Of a stretch of 64,000 nucleotides of DNA, positions 1 through 11,330 are shown in pieces (position 1 is the first letter of the stretch; each line of letters opens with the position of its first letter). The DNA comes from Octopus sinensis (Eukaryota): positions 3,968,001 to 4,032,000 of the forward strand of contig NC_042999.1 of the NCBI RefSeq assembly GCF_006345805.1, read 5' to 3'. A program made the position numbers and the translations under genes. The notes under the pieces were generated by a model. The model made no database searches, was not told the origin of the DNA, and was given only the letters and a program-made list of their open reading frames with translations.

Positions 1-228
1 ATTCCTTCTCAGACTCACACACTTATGGCAGTAGTTCTTCAATTTTTCTAAACCCTGTAAAAGAACTCAGAAGGTTTGGCCTCCAGCGAGGCCTTTTGCA
101 ATACCCTTAAAGCCAGGAACTTTTCACAACCACCTCATATTTGTATGCAAATGCACATGTATATTCTTCATCCTATTCTGACCTTCAAGCAACAGCAAAA
201 GTGAGGAACATGTAGACATTGGAATAGA

Positions 229-335
229 TGCGTGTGTTCAAAGTTTGCTTCACAACCACAATCTTACAGCCCTGAGCCGACCAAAGTCTTGTGAGTGGAT
301 TTGGTTGACAGAAACTGAAAAGAACCTGGCCATAT
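229..335 (+). mobile_element. SINE family A fragment (internally deleted)
   Basis: 'gccgaccaaagtcttgtgagtggatttggttgacagaaactgaaa' matches the full copy at 36876-37265 and is followed by (GT)n. Confidence 0.65.
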
Positions 336-374
336 ATGTGTGTATGTTTGTGCATGTTAGTGTGTGTGTATGTA

Positions 375-422
<48 letters not shown>

Positions 423-449
423 TTCTAGTCTTGACATCATGTATTAGTT

Positions 450-660
450 GTAAATGAGTGTCACTGTCATGTAAGGATTGTCCTTCATTTCCAGTCTTCC
501 ATGAAAGCTTGTCTGGCCATGGGGAAACATTACCTTACTTGGAAACAAGTGGAGGATGATAACAGAGAGGGTGTGTAACCATAAAAAAACACTGTTCCAA
601 TGTATTCTGTCTGACCCATGCAAGCATGGAAAAGTGGGCATTAAATTGATGATGATAATA
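450..660 (+). mobile_element. RTE-related 3' tail variant ending in (GAT)n
   Basis: Ends 'acccatgcaagcatggaaaagtgggcattaaattgatgatgat'. Similar copies lie on the minus strand near 10340-10530, 33925-34130, 45190-45390 and 60480-60700. Confidence 0.55.
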
Positions 661-1356
661 TATATATACACAGTTACACACTTCCCCACTTGTAACCTTG
701 AAAGTTTTAAACTGCAGTAAACATGTTGTGAACATTCTTATCTATGCTAATAAACATGCTTCTTTAACTTTATTATTTTTGTTGTATTAAAGCTCTTAAC
801 AACTCTAATAAAAAGTCATTGGCATAAGGAAATCCATACAAAACTTACATCCCTCTGTTCAGTATTTAGACTGATAAATCACTGCATTAAAAAAACAAAA
901 TAACAAAATGTGCTTGCTTTCCTGCATACTTATGTAAAAATTTATTTCTTTTCATAGTCAAACCCGCTCATGTAGTAAATTGTAAAGCGCGCAATTACCA
1001 TTTTCCAGTGCATAGCTTACATAACTATAAATTATTCCTGTTTCAAATAACGCTACCTGCTATAGATGAGAGTTATTGATCTTCAAAATCAGGAGCTCTA
1101 TAGGAAATCGTCTAGAATTTCAATTTTTGTATTTAATTTTGTATCACAGTTATCTAGCAATTTGAAGTATATAGCTTAACATTAAAATGATTTTTCTTGG
1201 AATATTGATAAAATACATTCCATTTATACATGTACCATTGAATTGATGACAATGTTTTAGTTGCATATGTTTTTTTATACCACCCACGTCTTCTGTAAAT
1301 ATATATATATATAGTATATATCATCATCATCATGATGTTTACTATATATATATATA

Positions 1357-3060
1357 AACTTAGATAAACTTAGATGTGTTTCGACCAATGATTGGTCCAG
1401 GCCATGTCTAACTTAATAGCACCACCTGATAGGATTATTTGAATCCTGTTTAAGTCAAGTTTTGCTTATGGTCCATTCAAGTAGTGAGTTGTATCCAATT
1501 ATGGGTGGCTTATCTGGTATTCTTTGAAGGAATCTATCCAGACTCCGTTTAAAGTTGATGGGATCCTGTTCCTCTTTGATCTCTTTCGGGACAATGTTAA
1601 ATAGGGCAGGGCCTGTTGAGGAAAAGAAATTATGTTGTAGTGTATAAGTATGCTGTGAACTTGAATTGGGCAGGGGACGTATGGCCTGTGGTCCCAGTCT
1701 TGGATGAACCTTGAAGCTTATGTTCAGGTCGTTTGGGCAAAGTTGGCGGTATATTCTCCGCATCGTACAAATGGTGTACCGCTCACGGCGACGCTGGAGA
1801 GAGTAGAGTTTCAAGGCTTTAAGGCAATCCCAATAATCAAGAGCAGCCATGCCTTCAATTCGTTTAGTGAGTGCTCTCTGGGGTGATTCAATCCTCGAGA
1901 TGTTTTGTCTTGTATGGGGAGACCACAGTGGGCAGCAGTATTCGAGGTGTGGCCGTACAAAGGAGGAGAAGAGTGGTATGATGACACCTTGTTCGCTGGA
2001 CCGGAAAGTTCTTAAGATCCAGGAACTCATCATACGAGCTATATCGACCTTCTTGTTGATGTGTGTACTCCAACTGAGATCGTCATCAACAATTACACCT
2101 AGGCCTCTGATGTTGTTAGAGGCTGTGAGCGGTTCCCCTGAAGGAAGAGAGTATGGCTGTTTTAGTGAGGAGTTTCTTCCAAAATGCATCAGCTCAAATT
2201 TTCCCTCGTTCAGTTGCATTTTGTTTCTGTCTGCCCATTGACTCACAGCATATAGATCAGACTGGAGTTGAGTTCGGTCTGCTTCTTCATTGACGATTTG
2301 CTGGAGCTTGGTGTCATCAGCAAATATTTTCACTTTGCAGTAATGTACAACACTAGAAAGGTCGTTTATGTAGATTATGAAGAGTAGCAGACCCAAGACA
2401 GTCCCCTGGGGGACACCACTGGTGACTTTTGCTGGGCTTGAGTGGACTCCATCAACTACAACATGTTGTGTTCTATTCGCCAGGAAATACTTGATCCAGT
2501 GTAGAACTTTTCCACAGATTCCAACATTTGCCAATTTTGAGAGTAGGATATTATGGTCTACCCTGTCGAACGCTTTACTGAAGTCAAGATATATGACATC
2601 AGCGTTCGAACCTGTTCCCAAGGCTTTGAGTACATCTTCAATGTGGTGTAAGAGCTGTGTTAGACAGTCCCTGCCACAGCGAAAGCCATGCTGATTTGCA
2701 TTTAGGAGTTTCTGGGTCTCCAGGAAGTCAGCCATCCTTGATTTTAACACTCTTTCAAACACTTTGATGATGTGGGAGGTGAGTGAGATTGGGCGATAGT
2801 TGAGTGCAAGGGATCTGTTTCCCTGTTTGAAAACCGGGATGACTGACTGGGATAGAAACTGTTTTGGTATATAACCTGCATCTAACGAATTTCTCCAGAG
2901 GTTGATCAGAGGGACTGCAAGTTGGTGTCTACATTCCTTCAGGAGACTAGCGGGGAATCTATCAGGGCCTACAGCAGAGTAGTATTTGACCTCATTTATT
3001 GCTGCTATACTATATATACTATATATATACACTATATCATCTATTTGAATGTTTTGCATT
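1357..3060 (-). mobile_element. CR1-clade LINE, 5'-truncated (RT domain plus 3' UTR)
   Basis: Contains the 534-aa ORF below. The 3' UTR runs to about 1357 and ends in a short tandem tail (TCTAAGTTTA x2) abutting (TA)n. The 5' end abuts a (TA)n run; no ORF1 or APE endonuclease is present. Confidence 0.9.
1455..3059 (-). CDS. CR1-type LINE ORF2 reverse transcriptase, uninterrupted but N-terminally truncated
   Basis: Motifs SAVGPD, YRPISLTS, NQHGFR, YLDFSKAFDRVDH, GVPQGTVLG(L)LLFIIYINDL, FADDTK, RPHLEYCCPLWSP, LYSLQRRRERY. The usual LGP is LGL here. No real start codon; the annotated Met is incidental. Confidence 0.85.
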   Translation of the reverse strand: MQNIQIDDIVYIYSIYSIAAINEVKYYSAVGPDRFPASLLKECRHQLAVPLINLWRNSLDAGYIPKQFLSQSVIPVFKQGNRSLALNYRPISLTSHIIKVFERVLKSRMADFLETQKLLNANQHGFRCGRDCLTQLLHHIEDVLKALGTGSNADVIYLDFSKAFDRVDHNILLSKLANVGICGKVLHWIKYFLANRTQHVVVDGVHSSPAKVTSGVPQGTVLGLLLFIIYINDLSSVVHYCKVKIFADDTKLQQIVNEEADRTQLQSDLYAVSQWADRNKMQLNEGKFELMHFGRNSSLKQPYSLPSGEPLTASNNIRGLGVIVDDDLSWSTHINKKVDIARMMSSWILRTFRSSEQGVIIPLFSSFVRPHLEYCCPLWSPHTRQNISRIESPQRALTKRIEGMAALDYWDCLKALKLYSLQRRRERYTICTMRRIYRQLCPNDLNISFKVHPRLGPQAIRPLPNSSSQHTYTLQHNFFSSTGPALFNIVPKEIKEEQDPINFKRSLDRFLQRIPDKPPIIGYNSLLEWTISKT

Positions 3061-3074
3061 CTTGTCCCATTTTG

Positions 3075-3112
<38 letters not shown>

Positions 3113-3132
3113 ACTATATATATATATAATAT

Positions 3133-3176
<44 letters not shown>

Positions 3177-3559
3177 GTATATATATGCACTAAACAAGCC
3201 TGGTGTAGTTCTCTGGCCTGCCAACTCCTGTCAAACCTTTCAGTGCATGCCAGCATGAAAAACATGTTAAATCATGATGATTTACTTTTATATGGAAAAG
3301 ATTGAAAGTGACCTCAAAGTTACAGTTTTCTCATTTTCATTTGACAGTCTCATGAAAGCAAGCAAGCCAAAACATTGAAGTTACTGTCAACCTTTTCTAG
3401 GTGAAAGTTCAACATTTCATATCTGAATTTGGATTATAAGATTCTTTGTCTGAAATCATGTGTTAGAACAAATTTTGTTGCATCTTTGGTTGGCTTATTA
3501 TGTCAATGATAGACACATGCACTAATTCTATTTCATTTCTTTTACTATTATTAATTAAC

Positions 3560-3775
3560 TAAAGGCAGTGAGCTGGCAGAATTGTTATCACACTGGAGAA
3601 AATGCTTAGTGGCATTTCTTCCAGTTTTATAGTTTGAGTTCAAATTCTACTGCGGTTGACATTGTCTGTCATCTTCTTGGGGTTGACAAAATAAGTACTG
3701 GTTAGCACTGGTTGATGGAATTGACTAGCCTCCTCCCCCAAATTCCAGGCCTTATGCCTATGGTAGAAAGGATTA
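3560..3775 (+). mobile_element. SINE family B (tRNA head plus Meta-like domain), decayed
   Basis: 'gagctggcagaattgtta...gagttcaaatt...ggggttgacaaaataagtactgg' matches the copy at 34242. Confidence 0.7.
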
Positions 3776-4429
3776 TCGTTAGTCAATTAATTAACCATTT
3801 GTTTATTTCAATAATCATTTGGTCAATCAATCAATTAGCTAGGTAATTTATGAAATATTATTGAGTTATCCTTCAGTTTAGTGTTAAGTTGTAACTTGAC
3901 ATAAAGTCAACCATTTATACATACATACATACATACATGTATGTATATAAAAATATATATGTATACACAGACAAACAGATTAGTAAGATTCAATTGTGAA
4001 AAGGCTAATGCACTCAATAGGAATCAAATCATGATTCTTGAGTGTCAGCTAGGTGTGCATACTACTATATCTCAGTGTCTAATACAATGTTCAGGTATTT
4101 ACTTAAGCTTTACATGGCTGTATATAGATTCAGTAATTTTCCCTCTAACAGCCATAATATAAGGGTTATTCAAAACAAGTAATAAACACACTTGAATGTA
4201 TTTACATCATCTTAGAAATCTGTCCTTCAAGTAAAAAGCTATACATTGATACACATATACATGCACACACTCACATATACATACACACACTCACACACAC
4301 ACACACACACAACACACACACACACATACATACATACATACATACATACATACATACATACATACATACATACATGCATGCATGCATATCTACACACATT
4401 TTTTTTCTTTCCTTGTTTTTTCCTGTGTA

Positions 4430-4467
4430 TCTTTCTGTCGAAGAGCGTAGGCTCGAAACGTAGAAGA
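4430..4467 (+). ncRNA. Minimal type I hammerhead-like motif, variant core (CUGUCGA)
   Basis: Stem I tcttt/gaaga; core CTGTCGA 4435-4441; stem II GAGC-gtag-GCTC; GAAA 4455-4458; palindromic ACGT; GTA triplet. Core position A6 is U. Confidence 0.5.
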
Positions 4468-6859
4468 CTTTTTCTATTCCTGAGCGCTATACTAATATAT
4501 CTGTTTATTTTCTACACCACCTGCCTTTGTCTTTTGTTTATTTTCATAACCTTTCCCTTTACATGCATACATACATACATGCATATCTACATACATGCAT
4601 ACATATATATCTATACTCTCACACACATACATTTGAAAGAACAACAAAAGTAATATCAGTGATATCCATTCATATTGAAACTGTTAGTTTCAATATCTCA
4701 TTTCATAACAATACAAAAGCATTTATAATTCTATAATCTATAATAATAATATATTATGCAAGAATCATGCCATCAAGTATTGTTTTTAGATAATATATAT
4801 ATGTATACACACACACACACATATATATATACACACACACTTTTGACTACCAATGGTTTTATGATGCCTGCCTCAAAGAACATAGGTACTCATCTCTATC
4901 TTGGATGAGAATATATTGTCTGATATCAGTGTGTGTGTGTGTGTGTACATTTATACTATATATGTATATATAAAAGTATACATTCTACTGAAATGTATTG
5001 AATAATCCTTTGGTTTGATGTTAAACTGTTTATATACAATAGTTTATATATATATATATAACAAAATTGTTTACAATTATTGTGTGGGTTATTTATTTTA
5101 AGGCTACCAACAAATCTACAAATTAAACCACACATAAATAAACAAGAAAATGTCTAGGAAGACAAATGTATTTCATTCTCAAAGTAATGACATAGATATA
5201 CCATAAGCCTCAGGACACTGAATAATTTACAACCATTTATATGAATAATATAGTTATTTTTAGTATATATAGATCACTTGACACATAGTAAGTTAAAAAG
5301 CTTAGGTTTATATCAAGTGTCCAATTGTTAAAGCATCATAGACTTTTAAACAAATTTCATTTACAATGGAATATCCCAAATACTATGACAGTATCAATCT
5401 GAGAGTCCTTCTTAGGTGATAAACTCCAGTTGCTTTGTTCCTGGACAATTACTGAATATGCCAAACACTATTTCTAACCAATGGAAAGCATGGAAATTTT
5501 CTGGGTTTTACTAGTTATTATATTTGTAGCAATTACTTTATAGTATTTACAAATATGCTAAGACATGACTGCATCTTTAGCTACACCCTGACTTTTTATA
5601 GTCCAAGGTTTTCAGTGTTCCCATCTACTTCAACATGGTTTTTATGACTGGATGCCCTTCCTAACACCAAACACTTTACAGAGTGTACTGGGTGCTTTTT
5701 TAATGTAGCTTGCAAAACTATGAACTCCTAGAGAGACAGCTTTATGCTAAAAGATGAGGGATCCAAGTATTATAGAGAGAGCCAGGGCAGAACAGGATAT
5801 TTGCTGTAGAGAAACTACATGGCTATTCACATTTTGGGAGAGAGAATAGTGGATAATCATGGTGGAGCAGGGAAGAAATGAAAATAGCAGTGATAGGTTG
5901 TCTGGGTGAGCCTTACTACTACAGAACATTAATGTAAACAAACACATGGACATACATAGAAATGCACTCACACATACTCAGATACACATGCACACTCATA
6001 CACACACGCTTGTGTGTGTGTATATATATGTAACATTGAGCTTCTTTCAGTTTCGTCTACCAAATTCACTCACAAGACTTTGATTAGCTCATGGGTATTG
6101 TAGAAGATACTTTGTATAAAGTGCCACACAATGACATTTGTTGGTATAAAACTGAGATTGTGCTAGATTAAAGGTTAAACACAGAATATACCTGAGTTGG
6201 TACGATGAAGATTAAATATAGTTTCATCAACAACTATTTATGTGAGGTGTGTTTTTAGAGTTAATTGTTGATTGAAGGAAGTTAACAAGTTAATTGGGAT
6301 CAAAAACCTTTTGTAGAAGGGATAGGGTGGAGATGCAAATAGTTAATGTGTTAGGAGGATGAGTTGTAGCTATATTGATGTTGTTTATATAATATCTTCA
6401 GTTTGTGTAAAAGTGAATTCCTTTGCAGTGTAAGCATACATACGGCAAAGTTAAATTGAAGGTTGCTGAAGTTACTTAGAAAACTTATAAATTACAACTG
6501 AGAAACATGTCAGTTTGTTCAAGAAAGGTGTTATTTCTAAAGCGCTGGGCAGTATTGTAGGCGATAATATATGGAATAGCACAGGTGAAGAGGATTTATA
6601 GGAGATCAATCCAAGAATTAACTTTTCTATTGCACTTGTTTAGATTCCATCTCTCAGTTCATTTCTAAAATATAGTTCTGCTCTATGACATCTACTGTCT
6701 TTCTCTTGCTTTCTGTCTCTCAGCACTGAGAACAAACAGATAGATCTAGAAGCTTTATTTCACTTTGTTTTCTTGCTCTCTTTCTCTAAATACATACACA
6801 CACACATTAGCTGTGTGTATTCTAGTTTTAGAATAGAAATGATGTGTCCCTGCATGTTG

Positions 6860-7325
6860 TAAAAAGTAACTAAAAGGTTTTCTCTGATTTACTTGCTGAG
6901 TGTGGTAGAAGAGGCACTGCCCATAACCTTTGCAGATGTCCTTTTGTTAGGAGAGACTCTCAGTAATAGTGAGGCCCAGCATTTGGAGTAACTGTGGGCA
7001 CTGGGTGAGAGTCATTCATGTAAAGAGGGGGTGAGGAGTAGTAACGTTTTCTTGAAATGAGAAGTGCTTGAGTTTCTCTTTGCTGAATAAATGGTTTGTA
7101 TGTAGATGATGAAGTACTGTGGAATGTTAAGGAGAGATGAATGGTTGTGTCATCTGCATAAGTATGGGTATTGTTGAATGTGATGGAAAGTAAGTCATTG
7201 ATGGAGAGAGCGTAAACAAAACTGATCCCTGGGGAACACCAGAGTTGATGGAGAGTAGGGCAGAAAGAGCTCTATCAACATATGTTGTAATGGTGTGATC
7301 AGATAGGAAGCTTCCAATCTAAGAA
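6860..7325 (-). mobile_element. Decayed CR1/L2-group LINE RT fragment
   Basis: Minus-strand translation with frameshifts: SFLSDH...SINSGVPQGSVL...SINDLLSITFNNTHTYADDTTIH...KTQALLISRK-like. Confidence 0.75.
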
Positions 7326-7551
7326 ATGAGAGATAAGTGAAGCTCATTGGCAGGAAGATTTAGTCTTGTTCGCAACATCTTCAGGACTGGTAGCACAATT
7401 ATATTTATCTGTACCCAGCTCATGATGTAAAGCTTTCTTGTAGGAAAGGTATCCAGCTGTAAAATCCATACCCATCAGGAAGGAATGAATGGAAGAAAAT
7501 GATAGACGATAAAACGCATCCAGTCTACTCTGTCAAGTAATTTGTGATGAA

Positions 7552-7598
7552 TGGTGATGTGGTGGTGGTGGTGGTGGTGGTGGTGGTGGTGGTGGTGG
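7552..7598. repeat. (GTG)n microsatellite
   Basis: Direct reading. Confidence 0.95.
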
Positions 7599-7879
7599 GG
7601 ATATCCATGGAAACTATACCAAAAATAGTGAAATATACAATAACAAAGTTAGCAGATGTTTCTCTGCTGTTGTGTCTTCCAGATGATGAAGGACCACAGC
7701 GGGTGGTGAGACATTACAATACTTACCTAACCCATGCCAGAATGAGAATAAAAAAAAAAGAAAAAAGAACTTATAAAATAACAGTAGCTGTGGTAGCAAC
7801 GACAGTTGTATTTATTTTTAAATGAACATTTTTTTCCAGGTTTTACATATTGAAAACTTTGTGTGTGCATGCATATATG

Positions 7880-8220
<341 letters not shown>

Positions 8221-8522
8221 TGTTGCTTATACTTCAGCTGCTGCTTAATGCTTCAAACTGAATCCTTCTGACATCATAGATGAACAAACTTCCTCTCTTC
8301 GTTTCCAGCAGAGAATTAGTAATTCAAGTGAGCTAATGACTCTGCTAACTTCTCTCTGCAGTCGATCTCTAGATTCATTTAACAACCCACCTATTACATT
8401 ATATATTACTACTTCATGATTAACTATTTTTTTTCTTTTCTTAACTATATTTTCCCCAACCCACTTTCATACTGCTTCTTCTCTTTTCTTTCTCTATCTC
8501 TCCCCTATTTATTTTCATACTG

Positions 8523-8526
<4 letters not shown>

Positions 8527-8616
<90 letters not shown>

Positions 8617-8621
8617 CCTAC

Positions 8622-8690
<69 letters not shown>

Positions 8691-8797
8691 AATCTACCTA
8701 CCTACCTACCTACCTATCTATCCATCCATCCATCCATCCATCCACCCACCAACCCACCCACCCACCCACCCACCCACCTACCTACCTATCTACCTAC

Positions 8798-8882
<85 letters not shown>

Positions 8883-8983
8883 ATCATACTGTAATACTGC
8901 TCTTATTTCTTTCCCTCCTTTACTCTTTTTCTCACTCTCTCTCTATCTCTGTCTATCTATCTATCTGTCTATCTATCCATATA

Positions 8984-9017
<34 letters not shown>

Positions 9018-9020
9018 CAT
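8527..9020. repeat. Compound microsatellite (CT)n-(CTAT)n-(CTAC)n-(CCAT)n-(CCAC)n-(CTAC)n-(CTAT)n...(CTGT)n
   Basis: Direct reading. Confidence 0.95.
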
Positions 9021-9289
9021 CTAAATATATCTACCAGTGTTTCTGATATTTAATAGACTACAATTGTTACTTCCTTCTAAATTCTGATTCTCACTTCAGA
9101 TATATTTACTATTTAATATATTTTCCATCACAGTTTCTTGTTCTAATCGACATTATCATTAGAAATCTCAATTCTTTTTCTACTATAGCTTTTACTTCAT
9201 TGACTCAATAGATGCAGTCTTGGTAATAAATTCTTTGTAAACAAGTATCATGCTAAGTTGTTTTATAGGATGACAAAGAGGAAAAGAAG

Positions 9290-9500
9290 AGGAAATATTT
9301 TATCGTTGAGAACTCTCAGAGGCTGATGACCTAGTTTATCTTGGAGAATTTTTTTGAAGTTCTCAAGAAAATCTTTGAAATTTGAAAGATGGACTAACAG
9401 TCAAAAGATCTGAAATATAATATTGTAATAACCAAAGAACAGAAAATACAAAATTCCAGTATTGTCAATAAAGTGTCTTGATCCAACACACAAATAATCA
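9290..9500 (+). mobile_element. Decayed RTE-clade RT fragment
   Basis: Frameshifted ADDLVYLGE...FEI(W)KDGL..K.LKYNIVITK resembles the RTE consensus-like YADDLVL...WK.GLESKGLKVN..KTK. Confidence 0.55.
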
Positions 9501-9735
9501 GTAAGAACTCTCGCAAATTAATACGGAACCAAGAATTAAGATTTTCTAGAAGCACTGAAAGTAGGGACTCTCATGGAGTGCATTGGAGGATTTCTAGGGC
9601 CTGTAAATGCAATGATAAAATCTACAGAAGAAAGATGACATAGCATACTAGAGATCCATCTCACAAATGAAAAATTATCATTAAAAAGGAAATTAAAAAT
9701 ATTATCGACAAAATTTATATGAACTGCTCATATAA

Positions 9736-10140
9736 GCACAGGTATGACTCTGTTTTAAGAAGTTTGCTTCCTGAATACATAGTTCTAGGTTCAGTCCCAC
9801 TGTATGGCACTTTGGGCAAGTGTCTTCTACTTTGGTCAGCCCAAGGCCAACCAAAACCTTGTGAGTAGAATTAGAAGATGGAAACTGAAAGAAGCCCACT
9901 GTGTGTGTGTGTGTGTGTGTATGTAGCTTTGTGTCATTTTATCCATGACCACTACTTGACAACTGTTGTTGGTGTGTTTACATCCCTATAAGTTAGCAGT
10001 TTGGCAAAAAAGGTCAATAGAATAAGTACAAGGCTTAAAAAAAATAAGTACTGGGATCAATTCATTTGACTAAAAATTCTTTAAAGTAGTAACTCAACAT
10101 GGCTGCAGTCTAATGACAGAAACTGTTACAAGATAAAAGA
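9736..10140 (+). mobile_element. SINE family A, near full length, decayed
   Basis: Head 'ggttcagtcccactgtatggcactttgggcaagtgtcttctac', internal (GT)n, and a 3' part matching 36876-37265. Confidence 0.8.
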
Positions 10141-10984
10141 TGAAAGATATGGCTTGCTAGACTTTTTGTCAATTGTATTTTTTAACAGATTTTGTACATA
10201 AGAAGTTCAGGAAATATTTGTGGAGAAAGTATCTTTGTTAGAATTAGAAAAAATAGAAGAAACACAGCAAATAGTTATTAGTGTTGTCAGTAAAGAGTTA
10301 CATAAGGTAGCATATAAAGCATCATCATCATTATCATCATCATCATTATCATTTTAAGATCAGATGTGAATATGTTGGAGCAGAGTTTTCTGTCACAGAT
10401 CCCTATTTGCTTCTAAGTGAGATATCAACTTTCTAATGTACTGAACAGCAAGCAGTCTGGAGATGTTTCCATGGAGAACTGGAAACATATGACATCGAAT
10501 AAATGAACCTTTTGTTTGCAAAGATCACACATCAAGATATGTCAAGAAGACTGGTCATGCTTTTGCAGTGGACTGCAAGCAAATGACAAGATTGACAAAC
10601 CCATTGTTTACAAGCAGCAGATGAGCACATGGGTAGAGAAGAAAATAGAAACTCACACACACACACACAAAGCATCTTGAACTCGAAATTATGTGGTTGG
10701 GAAGCAAGGTTCTTAGTCACACAGCCACCATATTAAACATTTAAATTTGAAATTGCTAGTACTGCTAATATATACGGTAGTTACTACACATAAGTGCAAA
10801 CATTGAAGGTTACAATGACTGATATCTGGTTAAATGAAGTAAAATTCTTTTCAAAATTGTAACTCTGAAATAATCAGAAAATAAAATTCACACTGAGAGA
10901 AATGAAATATCATTCTTTTGTTTCGACTGAGACAGAAATTTGTAGTATATATAGATTCAAAATGTGCATGATGTTGGCATAATT

Positions 10985-11330
10985 CATCATCATCATCATC
11001 ATCATCATTTAACGTCCGTTTTCCATGCTAGCATCGGTTGGACAGTTCAACCAGAGTCTGGGAAGCCAGGAGGCTGCACCGGGCTCCAGTCTGATCTGGC
11101 AGTGTTTCTACAGCTGGATGCCCTTCCTAATGCCAACCACTCCATGAGTGTAGTGGGTGCTTTTTATGTGCCAGGCGCGGCTGGCAATGGCCACGATCGG
11201 TTGGTGCTTTTTACGTGCCACCGGCACGGAAGCCAGTCAAGGCGATGCTGGCAACAGCCATGTTTGGATAGTGCTTTTTACGTGCCACTGGCACTGGTAT
11301 AACAACTACAATTTCCATTGATTTTTTTAT
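10985..11330 (-). mobile_element. RTE LINE 3' UTR fragment with (GAT)n tail
   Basis: Reverse complement of the 3' UTR attached to the RTE ORF at 27063-27979 ('catcatcatttaacgtccgttttccatgctagcat...gctggatgcccttcctaatgccaaccactcc'). Confidence 0.85.
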
